DNA of 64,000 nucleotides from Octopus vulgaris. Its lineage: Eukaryota. The stretch lies in the NCBI GenBank assembly GCA_951406725.2, contig OX597815.1, forward strand, positions 60,946,001 to 61,010,000. The letters run 5' to 3'. The translations under genes and the position numbers were made by a program. Within the stretch, counting starts at the first letter, position 1. Every line of letters begins with the position of its first letter. Positions 1 to 13,398 of this stretch are shown here, piece by piece. A model generated the notes under the pieces. That model ran no database searches. It saw only the letters and a list, made by a program, of their open reading frames with translations, and had not been told where the DNA came from.

Positions 1-988
1 ATACATTTACTAATACTAACATTAATTTAACTAATACCATCCATCCCTCTAGAAATATTGATAACAAGGTTATTGTATCTGAAGTCAATTCCAACAGAAT
101 CAAGTTTATGTCAAGTAACTCTAAAATTAAAAATTCTATATACCAGGGCAAAATAAATACTCATAATAAAGTACGATCTTACATTGGAAGCACGTCGTTA
201 CAGTTATCTAAAATAATTTCTATCCATTACTCAACATTTAGGGATAAGAATAAACGTAATTTACAGGGCTCAGTATATTAATTTGGGATCTAAAAGACCA
301 CAATGAACAATTTAATTTGGAATGGTTGATTCTCTCAATCTCGATACCGTATGACAAAGGCAGGGAATTCAGTCTTCTCTGTAATTCTAAACTATTTTTC
401 ATTATTTTTTCTAAAAATCCCCTAGTAAACAAGGTTATAGAGCGTGTATACCGATGTAAACATTGGCAAAAGCACACCTTTAGTTCATAGAAGTTATCTC
501 TATCATTATATATAACTAGCATTATGACCCGTCGTTGTCGGGTCATAGTGCTAGTGCATGTATATATGTGTATATATATGTGTACATATTACATGTACAT
601 CTATATATATACACCTACACATAAAATACAAAGTTATATCTTGATATCGCTAGTGATAACAATACGCAAAATATATAACAGATTGGAATTGTAGGCCCGT
701 CTCTTGCAATTTTGATCAATTGTATCTTGTCCTCCCTCTTGTATAGAAGTGTGGCTACAATCCAGCCTACCTCTACTTCTGGGGGGACATATTTAATTTT
801 TATTCGGGACGTCCTACGTCCCAGATATAAAGGTAAAAATAAAATATTTCCACTTTGCAAGATTCGAGTCGAGTACTCCCTTGCACGCTCCGTTGACTCG
901 AACCTTGCTTTCGATGGTGCTTTCCTCCAGGTGTTCAAATCTTTATTTTCTCTACATTGTATACTTTATAGACAATAGTCTTTTCTTC

Positions 989-1205
989 GCAGCGTGGAAG
1001 GTGTTTGTAAGCCATTTAAGAAGATGCAGCACGGATTTTTGTCAGTGAACAGGTCGCGGTCTTAAAGCGACGAAAATATTTTGACAAATTAAACTTAAAT
1101 GTTGAAGTGAATCGAACGGCTTTTGTGTGTTTCTTAAATGGCTTACAAACACCTTCCACGCTGCAATTGTTTTCGTTTCAGCACACGATCTCAGATCAAA
1201 TCAGT
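989..1205 (+). mobile_element. Penelope-type pseudo-LTR-like unit with short inverted 5' copy; carries variant hammerhead
   Basis: 989-1022 is the reverse complement of 1131-1164; the same family recurs at 46651-46950. Confidence 0.65.
1038..1088 (+). ncRNA. Minimal type-I hammerhead ribozyme, G3-C8 core variant
   Basis: tttgtca-GTGAACA-g-gtcgc(ggtcttaaa)gcgac-GAAA-atat-T-T-tgacaaa: 7-bp stem I, 5-bp stem II, palindromic loop III. Confidence 0.7.
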
Positions 1206-1327
1206 TGACTTTTATGACTCGTATTACTACCTCAGTCAATCTAAATGTATATATTTGTCGTTACCTGTCATAAATAGCCTTTTGTTTATTTACAATGTGC
1301 ATTTTCGTTGATTTTTTCATATTTTAC

Positions 1328-1373
<46 letters not shown>

Positions 1374-1376
<3 letters not shown>

Positions 1377-1545
1377 CGCAGGAGTGGGTGTGTGGTAAGT
1401 AGCTTGCTTACCAACCATATGGTTCCGGGTTCAGTCCCACTGCGTGGCATCTTGGGCGAGTGTCTTCTACTATAGCCTCGGGCCAACCAAAGCCTTGTGA
1501 GTGGATTTGGTAGACGGAAACTGAAAGAAGCCCGTCGTATATATG
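1374..1545 (+). mobile_element. tRNA-derived SINE family A, 5' half
   Basis: aggcgcaggagtgg...ccgggttcagtccc head; at least 10 homologous copies in the window. Confidence 0.85.
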
Positions 1546-1549
1546 TATG

Positions 1550-1599
<50 letters not shown>

Positions 1600-1688
1600 T
1601 ATACATATATATATATATGTGTGTGTGTGCTTATATTATGTGTATATGTATGTGTGTGTGTATGTATATGATGTGCTCTCCGTCTCTT

Positions 1689-1730
<42 letters not shown>

Positions 1731-2926
1731 ACATTTGAAATTTCCTTTCAACACAACAAAATAATAAATATAGCAGCAATAAGGAAGACCGGGAGGATAT
1801 GTGTGAGAGGGATATTGTGGTGTTGGTGGTGATGGTGTTTCTCATGATGGTGACCGTCATAATATTCTTTATGACAATTGTTTTGGCTGCGGTATTGGGA
1901 GCGGTGGTTATTGTTGGCATGGTGGTGCTGGTGCAGCAGGTGGTTGTTGTGGTGGTGGCGGTAGTGGCAGTGGTGATTCTGCTGCTGCCAGTGGTTTTTG
2001 TAAAGAAGGTGATGGAGGTTGTGGTGATATTGATGATGAAGGACGTGTAGATGGAGTTAGTGATGGCCGTGGAGAAATTTGGTGCTGTTCGCGGAGAGGA
2101 CGATAGTGGTGTTTGTGGTGGTGATGTTGATGCTGATGGTGGTGGCATTAGAGGTAACAGTGGTGATGGTGGTGGTGGTGATTTATGACCTTGGCGTTGG
2201 AAGTGAAAACAGTGGTGGTGATGAGGACAGTATTGTTGGTGGTGGTGGTGGTGGTCACGGTGGTGCTGATTGATGGTCGTAGCTATCGTCAGTCTTACTG
2301 CTGGTGTCATCATCATTTTCGTTGTTGTTGTTATTGCTGTCATTGCCGTCATTGTTGCTGTCGTTATTTAACCTCAGATGAACTATGTTTGAACAGACCC
2401 ATAACCAAAGGTATTCCACGTTTACCAAGGAGTCCTTTATTCAGACGCTAAGATGTAATATAAGGAAGATTAGGTTACTCTTTCTTGCAAGTAGGGCGGC
2501 CAGGCTCTCTCTCTCTTCCTCCTCTCCCTCTCTCTCTTCTCCCCCTCTCTTCCTCTCTGCCTCGCTCTGCCTCTCTCTCCCTCTCTATCTCACCCTCCTT
2601 CCCTCTCACTCTGTCTCTTTCTCTATCCCTTCCTCCTCCTCTGTCTGTCTATCTTTCTCCCTCGGTCTCTCTCGGACTCTCTCTCTCTCGGACTCTCTCG
2701 CTCTCGTTCTTAATGATGTTGCTGTTGTTGTTACCGTTATCGCAAGTATTGTTAGTACAAGGGTTAAAGTCCTCTAACATCCGTGTTAGTGTTGTGTGTT
2801 TGTATTAGTGTTGTTGCTGCCGTTGTAGTTATTTGCATGATGGTGTTTGGAAAGTTGTGATGGTGGCGGTGTAGCTAATTTTGACATTATGTCATATTGT
2901 TGTTGCGAATATTATTAACGTTGTGT

Positions 2927-3680
2927 AAGGCAGCGAGCTGATACAATCATTAGCACGCCGGGCAGCGAAAAATTTTTCCCACGAGAGTTCCGGATCCCAG
3001 TTATGAACTCATTTGCATACAGCCGATCATAGCTCAACTATCAAACTAATTTATGAGCACATAACAAGTGATGGACGATAAGGAATGACCATGGGTAAGG
3101 AATGACCATGCTTATTTTCTCTTTTAATGATGCTTGTTCTTGTTCTTGTTTCAATCATGGCTGCCGCTGCGTAGTTATTTGTGATACATTAACAATACAC
3201 ACGCATCCATATCTGTATCAGTGAATCAATGTGTAGCTATAAAACCTTCAAGCAGTTTCCATATTCGTCGAAAACATTATCTTTGATTGCTATAGTAATT
3301 CAAACTTACCACTAACCAGCGTACGTGTTCAGTACCGATGATATTGATATCTGAATGAGAGCACAATACAAGATTTGCATAGCAATCGGAGGTCGCCATT
3401 TTGAATGCCAACATTTGTTAACTTGACAACAAGGTCAAGGTGAGCTCTGATTGGCGGTATGCAAATAAGTTCATAACTGTGGTCCGGAATCCTCGTGGGA
3501 AAAAATTCTCGCCGCCGGGCAAGATGCTTAGCGGCATTTCGTCCGTCTATACATTCTGCGTTCAAATTCCGCCGAGGTTGACTTTATCTTTCATCCTTCC
3601 GGGGTCGATAAAATAAATACCAGTTGAAAATGGGGTCGATGCAATCGAATTAGTCCCTACCCCGAAATTGCTGGCCTTTG
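2927..3680 (+). mobile_element. tRNA-derived SINE family B, split by a TIR element
   Basis: aaggcagcgagctg head at 2927; resumes at 3515 with gcttagcggcatttcgtc...ctttcatccttccggggtcgataaa. Confidence 0.75.
2963..3514. mobile_element. Non-autonomous TIR DNA transposon (about 75-bp TIRs, apparent 5-bp CCGGG TSD)
   Basis: 2963-3035 is the imperfect reverse complement of 3441-3514; ccggg at 2958-2962 and 3515-3519. Confidence 0.75.
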
Positions 3681-4115
3681 AAATTTGTAACCAATATTAT
3701 TAACGTTGTACTCAATGCTGTTATTATTAGTGTTTATAATAGTAAACAATGCTATTGTTGTTATTCTTTCACTGAGATCAATTTTCTCTTTCATCGTTTT
3801 GGTGGGAGGTCGATGAAATGTGTACCAGTCAAGTACTGAGGTCAATGTAATCGACTAACCTCCTCCCACCAAATTTCAGGCCTTGTGCCTTTACGAGTAA
3901 AGATTATTATTGTTGAAGTTGTTGCTGTTGTTGTTAATCCTGATGTTGTTATTAATATTTTACTGTTCGCATTGTTGCCAGTGTTAGTATTGACGTTATC
4001 ATGGCACTGAACTGACAAAAGGATTAGAGCATCGGAAAATGACGTGAGTTATTTGTTCCGGTTCTCTTTCTGAGTTCAAATCCTAACTATTTCAACTTTG
4101 CTTTCATCCTTAAGT

Positions 4116-4435
4116 CAAGGATTCTCAACCATTGTTTTTTTTTTATCTATGGACCTTTTTGATTACTATTTTATTCTGGTGACCCCCATAGTCATTTTAT
4201 GTTTAAAAACTAGTTCTATAGAATCTTCTTTCAAAATTCCTATTTTGTTTTACACAATAACTTGTGTAGGCTGAACTTTGTAGAATGTTAGAGAACGAAA
4301 CCTGGCTGTCTTGTAATACATACATGTAAAGTAAACTTTTTTCGAAGCCCTTAAAATACTACTGTGAATCCCCAGTTTACTATTTTCTTGCGTAGACCCC
4401 AAAAGCCTTATATGGATCCCGATTGAAAACCACTC
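4116..4435. mobile_element. hAT/Charlie-like MITE
   Basis: Ends caaggattctcaacc...gattgaaaaccactc resemble CAGGGGTTCTCAACC-type TIRs; inserted in a SINE B remnant. Confidence 0.55.
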
Positions 4436-4667
4436 ATTTAAGGGTTCTTAGAGTAAAGAACTAGTCAAGTACTGGAGTCCCTAACTCAAAATTCCTAACT
4501 TCTGCCTTTATCAGAAACAATCGTAACGCCATTGTTAAAGTTGTCGCTGTTGTCATTGTTATTGTTATTTTGAAAATAGTTGTTACTGAAGGTATATTGT
4601 TATGGTGGTTGATTGTCTTAGTTTGTATTGCTGTTAGCATGGTCAGTGTTGCAACTATCTTTAAATG

Positions 4668-5941
4668 CAGAGCGTTCAAAAAGTCTCTCCGCAATGGATT
4701 GTTTTCATCCTGCGCAAGCGCAACTTGGCTATCACTGCGTGGGCGGTCGGATGTCAGTCATTGACCATCAGCCATTGTGTACCCTTCAGCATGTCGACAT
4801 GCTAACTATTGAAGAACGTACTTTTTTAGTTGAATGGGTGTTTCGAGCTGGAAACACATACTCAGATACTGTGAAAGAGACGTTCAGTGAAACTTTTCCA
4901 AATACTGTTGTTCCACATAGTAACACTGTGCAGGAATTGATCAGAAAATTTAGAAACACAAGCTCAGTGGAAAACGCAGCAAGAAGCGGTAGGTCTACTG
5001 TTCTTTCAAACGAAACACTCTCCAATATTTCTGATAAACTGCTTGCAAGCCCGTCAAAGTCCTTACGCAAATTGTCACAGGAAACGGAAATCAGACTAGG
5101 AAGTGCTCACACGGCAGTAAAAAAGAAATTCAATTTCTTTCCATACAAAGTGCTGGCCATTCAAGAATTGAAGACTGCGGATTATGCTAAAAGGCTTCAT
5201 TATTGTCATTGGTTCCAAAACTTTTTTGCCGAAAAAACATAGAAGGGCTGGATGGATGTTTTTACAACGATGAGGCTTGGTTTCATCTGTCGGTAAAACA
5301 CAAGGTTATGGAGCACTAAGAATCCACACGGGACTCATGAGCAACCTGAAAAGGTTGGAGTATGGATAGCAATTTCGAGAAAGCGTATTGTGGAACCGAT
5401 ATTTTTTAAAGATGCCATCAACACCGAGAGATATTGCTCAAATATTGTCTATCCATTTGTAGGCCAACTCACTGAAAGTGAAATTAATAATGACTACTTT
5501 CAGCAAGAGGGAACTACAGCACATACTTCACGCATCACCTTGGCCCTATTTCAAGAGTTTATCGGTGAACGGGTTATTTCGAAGGGACTTTGGCCACCAA
5601 GATCCCATGATCGCCTGATTTAACACCGCCAGACTTATTTTTCCTAGAGAGCAAGTAAAGGATCAGTGTACAAGAATCGACCGAAAACCATTAATGAGCT
5701 AAAAGACGCAATCATAACCTTCACACGGTCCATACCGCGTCAGACTCTCCAAGATGTATTTCAAAACATGTGTAGAAGAATCAACTTATGTATTGAAAAT
5801 GAAGGAGAACACTTTCAACATCTCTTATAAAGTTATTTTAAAGCTTTATTAAGTCTAATATATCCCTTTTAGTCTTATACCATCTTATAAATATCTATTT
5901 TGCAATAAAATACTACGGAGAGAGACTTTTTGAACACCCTG
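4668..5941 (+). mobile_element. Tc1/mariner-superfamily transposon (maT/DD37D-like), decayed transposase
   Basis: TIRs cagagcgttcaaaaagtctctc / gagagactttttgaacaccctg; ORFs 4628-5242 and 5390-5623 with HTH ...RSGR, NDEAWFHL, QQEGTTAH, WPPRS motifs; stops and frameshifts. Confidence 0.9.
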
Positions 5942-6088
5942 TATAACGTTGTTCCTAACTATGTTTGTGTTATTGCTGGTCGTGCTGTTTACAGTAACTA
6001 CTATCACTGCTAACGTTATAAGTGCTATTATTTTGTAGTTGTCGCAGCGTTGGTCTATTAAGTTAGTGTTATTCTTAATTTCTGTTTC

Positions 6089-6303
6089 AAGGCAGCGAGC
6101 TGGCAGAATCGTTAGTTAGCACGCTGGGCGAAATGCTTAGCGGCATTTCATCCGTCTTCGTTGTCTGAGTTCTAATTCTACTAAGGTCAACTTTGCTTTT
6201 ATCCTTTCAAAGTTGATGAAATAAGTACCAGCTGGGTATTGGGGTCGTGTAATCAACTTACCCGTACCCCGAAACTGCTGGCTTTGTGCAAAAATTTGAA
6301 ATC
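6089..6303 (+). mobile_element. SINE family B
   Basis: aaggcagcgagctggcagaatcgttag...ctgagttctaattc...ataagtacca. Confidence 0.8.
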
Positions 6304-6668
6304 ATTATTAATTACTGTTGGTCTGCTGTTAGAGTTTTTGCCAGAACTGTTGTTAGTAATGATATTATTGGGGAGCAGTATGCCTTGGGGATGGCAGGAT
6401 AATCCGGGTCTTCTGTGTGAGGTTTACTCCGAATTACCGTAAGTGAACTATCCCACTGCTGAGGATTCTATTTATTAATAATTATGTATTTCTCTAATTT
6501 CTAGTGATATATCCTTTGTTATATCATTTAATATTGTAGTATCTCCCTTTCATCGATGTAAGCCTCACCTGTTTTTCTGTTGCATCCCGTCCTTTGATAT
6601 TGTCATCTATGTCTTGGGCCCTTGAGGCCAATAAAAGAAATTATTATTATTATTATTATTATTATTAT

Positions 6669-7139
6669 TGAGTGAGCGAGCAGAGCATGCCATCAAAGTG
6701 ACACTGGGGTAAAATATACGAAGCCCAGTATACCCATCATGACTACCCGTCTGATAAGGGTACACCAGGCACATGCATCACAACCATATGTGCGCGACAT
6801 GGTGATCTCATATCAAGATAAACAGCGCATGACCTTGCAGGTGGAGCCCAGTTAGAATTTTCTTCAGATCGAGTAACCCATCCCGCTCAAAAGGTCCCTG
6901 AATAAGGGTTGTTTAAGGACGTTGAACGAAACACCCATGTTTCCAGAGGTGAATTATTCAAACCCCAAAGAATCCTTCTCAACACATGGCTATGATGCTC
7001 CCCCACTACTTCTGCTCGTGATCAGAGATGCACATATCGTCAGCCACTAAGGGACATGCTCAACTGGTTAAGGTCAAACAACTGACAAGCAAATCTGTGG
7101 TATTGAGCAGAATATTTGCTGTAGCCCATCTTTTATACC
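6669..7139 (-). mobile_element. About 470-bp non-coding retroposon in a (TTA)n tract (family D)
   Basis: Flanked by TTA repeats; a 5'-truncated homolog at 58921-59220 also ends in (AAT)n. Confidence 0.7.
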
Positions 7140-7165
7140 TATTATTATTATTATTATTATTATTA

Positions 7166-8000
7166 TGTTTTTTCCTTCTTTCTCCAAATTTTCTTCCGTT
7201 TCTCGTCGAGTGTTTTCCATACACCTAGGGCAGAGAAGGGCATTGCATGCATTCCCAGATTACACGCGCAAATTCACAGATAAAATATGTATTTAAAAAT
7301 TAATAAATAAATAAATTCATGGATGGATGTTATTTTCACAGCGATAGTGCTCTTCTCAGTACATGAGCCGTTCCAGTTAATACGATTTTTTGCACTTCCT
7401 GTAGGGATGGTAAGCCTGGAATCATTTTCAAATAGGTTTCAGTACCTTTTTTTTATCATTCCTAGAGATCCTACAATCACTGGTACTGTAGTCGCCTTGA
7501 GATGCCACATTTTTTCAATTTCTTTATATTTACTAATCTTGTCAAATTCTTTCGCCGCTATATTGTGATCACAGGGAATACTCATGTCAATTAATAAACA
7601 CATCCTATTTGTCTGATCTTTTATAATAATATCCGGTTTATTAGCTTTTATAGTTCTGTCGGTCTGCACGGGGAAGTCCCATAGAATCGACACATTTTCT
7701 CCCTCAGTCACAGCTTCAGGATGATGTTTATACCATTTGTCAGCGGTTTTGATTTTATAATGCCGACATATTGTCCAATGTAAATACTGGCCGACTCTGT
7801 CATGTCTTGCTTTATATTCTGCTGGTGCTAAGACTCTACACCCTGAGATTAGGTGGTCTATTGTTTCAATCTCATCGTTACAGAATCGGCATTTTGGGTC
7901 AGCTCCATTTTTCATCACATTGGCTTGGTAGTTCCGGGTTAATAAGCTTTGGTCTTGAGCAGCTAATATGAAACCTTCACTCTCTGCTTTTAGCCCTGAG
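7166..8000 (-). mobile_element. Dong/R4-clade non-LTR retrotransposon 3' fragment (CCHC finger plus restriction-like endonuclease)
   Basis: ORF 7439-7918: CRFC..ETIDHLISGC, RHD, LWDFPVQTD..ANKPDI..LIDMSIP; 3' end runs into (AAT)n. Confidence 0.9.
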
Positions 8001-8039
8001 CTTTATTATTATTGTTGTTGTTGTTGTTGCTGCTGCTGC

Positions 8040-8070
<31 letters not shown>

Positions 8071-8075
8071 AGTAG

Positions 8076-8175
<100 letters not shown>

Positions 8176-8179
8176 GGGT

Positions 8180-8405
8180 AAGGCGGCGAGCTGGCAGAGT
8201 CGTTAGCACACCGGGCGAAAGGCTTAATGGTATTTCGTCTGCCGCTACGTTCTGAGTTCAAATTCCGTCAAGGTCGACTTTACCCTTCATCCTTTCGGGA
8301 TCGATAAATTAAGTACCAATGAAACACTGGGGAACATTGGGGTCGATGTAATCGATTACTCCTCTCCACCAAAATTTCAGACCTTGTGCCTTTAGTAGAA
8401 AGAAG
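8180..8405 (+). mobile_element. SINE family B
   Basis: aaggcggcgagctggcagagtcgttag...gagttcaaattcc. Confidence 0.85.
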
Positions 8406-8738
8406 TATTATCATTATTGGTGTCACATGTGTTATTTTTTATGCTAGTGGTGTTGGTCATTGTAGTGCTGTTGCGGTTTTGTCACTGCTGCAGTTGTTGT
8501 TGTTAGTGTTGTTGTTGTTGTCGGTGGTGGTGGTGGTGGTGGTGGTGGTGGTAGGGGAGATGTTGATGTTGTTGCTATCGTTACTGCGACTGCTGCTCTC
8601 CTAGTGGCTGCAAATTTAATATTCGTCGTCGTCGTCTTCTTCATCTTCATCTTCTTCTTCTTCTTCTTCTTCTTCTTCTTCTTCTTCTTCTTCTCTTCTT
8701 CTTCTTCTTCTTCTTACTATTATTATTATTATCATTCC

Positions 8739-8789
<51 letters not shown>

Positions 8790-9260
8790 CTTTGTTGTAG
8801 TTGTTGCTGTAGTCATCTTTTTTTCTTATTTTTCTCTTTCGGTATTGACGCTGTGAATGTGGAAGAGAATTTGATGAATTTAAAAAAAAATTATTTGACA
8901 CTCTTGTTGTTGTTTATGTTGTTATTGTCTTTGAGGTCATATCTGTTCTGTTGTCGCTATTCTTGTTGTCGTTATTGTTGTTATTGTTACTCTTGATCTG
9001 GTGATCTGGTGTTCTTCCGTTACAGGGATTTGCAAAATACTGCTGCTGCCGTTGCCGCTATCATTGTCTTTGCTGCTGCTACTGTTGCTGTTGCTGTTAT
9101 TGCTGCTGTTGCTGCTGCTGTTTCTTGCGGAATTTTTTGTTGTTAATTTATCTGCCGTCGTTTTCATGCCGTCGTCGTCGTTGTACTTGCTGTTCGTTAT
9201 CATTTTGTTTTGATCCTGTCAGTTTGAAACTGTTGTTGTTGTTGTTGTTGTTGTTGTTGC

Positions 9261-9291
<31 letters not shown>

Positions 9292-12200
9292 ATGCTTGTC
9301 ATCGTCCTCATTGTAATAATACTGTTGCTGATGCTACACCAGAAACGATCATACAGTTGTCATTTTATGTTTGGTCTATTTATTTTTCTCTTTTATTTCT
9401 GTTGTTATTGATTATATTTAATGTTGCTGTTGTTGCTGACGTTGGTGCTGCTGCTGTTACTGCTACAGAAGGTGTGTTTTATAACATTGGTAGCGCCGAA
9501 TTAGTTGATCATGATGGTTTTATTTCTTTTTTTCTGGCCTTGCTTTAGTAATTATTATTACCATTATTATCATCGTCGTCGTCGTCGTCGTCGTCGTTAT
9601 CATAATCATAGTCATGATCATGATCATGATCATGTCAGGAAAGCCAAACAATCCAGACATAGGTAGAACATTCCCAGCCACCATATTTGACCAACAGGAA
9701 GAACAATAACAATGATGTATAAACAAAGCATTAGATCTATCGTGGAACCTGTCGGTCCTGCTTAGTCACCTTTCCCCACCACTGATTCGCATTACATCAC
9801 AATAAGATGTAAAACCTCGGCACGAAACATCATAACAGATTGTTTTTAGCCCCTACCCACCGACCAATGAGAAGTAAGTGGTTAAATACAGACCACACCT
9901 ACAATGAGACACAGGAGGCTGTATACAGACCACACCCACAGATCAATTATTCTAAACTTGAAATTCTCTCCCTTGTACGTGAGATGTGTCCAGTTTGTTG
10001 CCGCAGTAAGCCTTGGCTTCCTCGGACAGACTTTACTTCGAAAAACCACTCCCAACCACTCAGATTCATGAACCACACCTCAAACCAATATTTCATTAGC
10101 ATCGTAAAAACATTTCATTCGCAGACAAACTTTAAAAAATGCATCAAAACGCCAACAGCATTGCCGCCATTGCTGTCCATATTTACAACTAAAGAAACTG
10201 AATCATTTGAAAACTCTGTGTCAGTCACGGGCAGAACGTCGTGCTTTTGACAGGAGACAAAGCAATACCTTCCCAAGGGATTGTCCGTTATTTTACCTAC
10301 CCAGGCATTTGCACCTTCCCCTTTATGAATATGTCTCTTTAAGAGAATTCTAGGCGGTGAAAATCGGAAGTAAGTGAATACTTTCGTAAAGTACTTTCAA
10401 ATCAGACCGAAGCAGCAAAACATAGAAGAGAAAATCTTGTTTACGGTGAATGGGATTGATAGAATAAAACAAAAATGTCTAAATCATGAATTTATGGCGA
10501 AGGAAATTATAAACCGTGGCATTTATAAATCCTCGTGAGTTTATATCCTGACTTTGCCTGAAACGAAACAGAGAACACAACAATAATGTCAAAATGGAGG
10601 AACTCCTAGGTCCTAGGTTTACCTGTTGTGTTCCTACATAGAATTATATAAAGGCGATAAATGAACAGAGAAATAGTGATTTATGAAACGTTGTCAATAT
10701 AGAAGTTGGAGGACTTCATAAATACTTTTGGTTGTTTGCTGTATTAAATCACCGATTTATGCCCTTTCTCGTTTTACATGATGTAATAAGGCATATTTCT
10801 GTACACTCCCACCTACATACTCTCTCCCACCCCACCATACGTTCGTGTTGATTGATATTATCACGTGACAACAGCTATAAATGTTACAGGCGCCACAGTG
10901 ACAAAAATTTCATACACGGAAATCGCTCAGTGTTGAGAGTGATAACAGATAGCTTACACATGTAAAACATTGTTCTCGCTATATATATACCCGTTGGATG
11001 AAGCCAACATCTGGTCAACTGGCCGATGGCCAATACATTCATTAGTCAACAGTAGAAACTCGAGTAATCTGTCTCAGTACATTGACGCTGTGACCTGTAT
11101 TCCGTTCTATAAGAAATATTAAGAAAGCCCACCCTGGAAGTCGATTTTGTGTCAATGACGGCAGAAATTGTATCTCCGGAGAGAGAACCAATATATAAAA
11201 CTGAGCCAGCATACGATTACCCCATAGCAATAATTTTACACACTTGTTATTGTATAGTTCATTGTCCAAGATACTCTAACCGTGACCAAACATCTTACCA
11301 GACACAGTAATACCAGAACAATATAATTCTTTTCTAAGTTGGTAGGTCAAACTTTTTACTTGATGTTGTATAGTCCTAGGTCAGCACTCGTTCAGCAGAG
11401 CTATGGATGATAGACAATCGAGTTGTGACCATCCTGTGCGTTTTTTTTAATCTAGCCATATGTACCCTGGACTATATTATCGAATGGAATCCGTTTTTTA
11501 ACACAGTAGGCTATCCTTTGAAGATGATTGACTGTTATTTCTGTCTGGTAGAGCGACCACGTAAAGCCAATAAAAAAATCAAATGGATGTAGTGACTACC
11601 TCCTCTATGGTAAAAAGAAATTTAAATACAAGTTCATCAATAAGGTTGACCAAGAAGCGTGGGCTTGTTTACTGCTGCAATCCACGTGACCTAAATATTA
11701 GGTGACCACGGAAACTAAGCAGGTTTCCGTTGAGAAGAGACACTCATCATTTACACTTGTTTTAAAGTATCACATCTTCCTATATTTAGCAATAAATTAA
11801 TATCTCTTGGGAAACCATAAATATGTTATTCATTAAACGACCGTAAAGACAACACGCTTGATCAGATAAGCTATACCGTAACCAAAACTTTGTAACTTCA
11901 AATGCGCTGAAAATATTTCGCTGTTGCTACGGGGCAATATTTTTTTCACTGTATATGCTGTTGTTTATCAAGCTGTGGTTGCTGAGTCACAACTCTACCC
12001 TGTTCGAGCATGATCAAAGTCGTTCCGGCTGTAACCATACTGCCAATTTAAAACTGCAATGAGTGCTTTAGATGGAGTAGGAGGGAGATTTGGTTGTTAT
12101 TTCTAGTAGGCCGAGTGAATACATAGAATCTTCGTCATTAACCAAGTTGTTGAAGATATGTAGCAGACCCTTCAGGTAAATTTCTATCTGCAGTATACTG

Positions 12201-13398
12201 GTGTCCTATCCAGGGTGAGATTGTAATCCACTTCATACCATATCAACAGAACTGTGCAGTAACTGATACAGGCTTTAGGTAACATTTATTTATCAGTCAT
12301 AAAAAGACCTCATTTAAAAGTTATTGACATGAACGAGAATGTCTAGTTGACGTCCAAGGGATGACCCTGTATTCAAAGTAATTGAGATATTGCATTTAGT
12401 GACTGAACAATGTGTCTTCATACAGCCAACTTCCCTTTCTCTTTATATAGTAACAAACAATAACATTAACTTACTATTAGTGTTGTAACTTGCTGAGTCG
12501 CCATGGGGCTATATGACTAACAATAGACTCGTTGTTTTGTGTTTTATCCCTATTGCTGTACAATGTGCATAACAACAGAATTAGATCAGATTCACTACCA
12601 CGGGGAGAAGCGTAACTCTAAGTTCATCAGTAAAACTGATGTGTGTTTCGTTAATATTGCTGATTTCGAATCCTTCTGCAAACATGTTTCATGATATGGT
12701 TCAGCTGCTTTTGTGGGTATAAAGAAGAGAAAATTTGTGCCTGGGATGGAATTGATCCAGATGCACAGCATCAAGCCGAGTCAAAAGATTTTATCTGTTA
12801 GACACTATGGGCGGTGTCTTTTGTCCCTGTCCATCTATGATGAGAGTCACGACAGACAACAATTGGTTGACAAGTCTCTGTCACTACTTCGTTAAAATAA
12901 TGTCTACGCGGCAGCAATCAAGAAAAGTCCAGCAAGAACGTCTCTCCATGGTTGCTTTATATACTAGAAATAGCATATCTCATTCAGTTAACACGTTACT
13001 CTTGTAAAAGCTGGTATGGCGCTGAATCGTTGAAAATGAATTCATTACCGTATACTGGCATTTTTCAGAATCGTCCTCGCGATTTTGATGAGGAAACTGA
13101 TGGCTTTTAATTGTCCACAGTAACTTGAATGCATGAACCAGATCATATAAACTTGCTGGCTTCTCTTTTTCTACGACTCTGTTCCAAATTCTCGTGACAC
13201 AACCTGTCTGATGTCAGTAAGAGGAGTTTCGCCATTAATGGGTTTTACAGGTGTTAAATTTGTACGACATATAGCTACTGGTTGTATTAGTAATAACTGC
13301 TTGTTTTTCTTCTGTGTTGCTTGGTCTTGGCAATAGAAAATATACATATATAACAACAAAGAAAAAGGAAATTTTCTTGTTCACAAGACCTCAAGCAT

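Noticed and set aside
515-555. Hairpin actagcattatgacccg..cgggtcatagtgctagt resembling a Helitron 3' end
   Set aside because: No matching 5' end or second copy is identifiable
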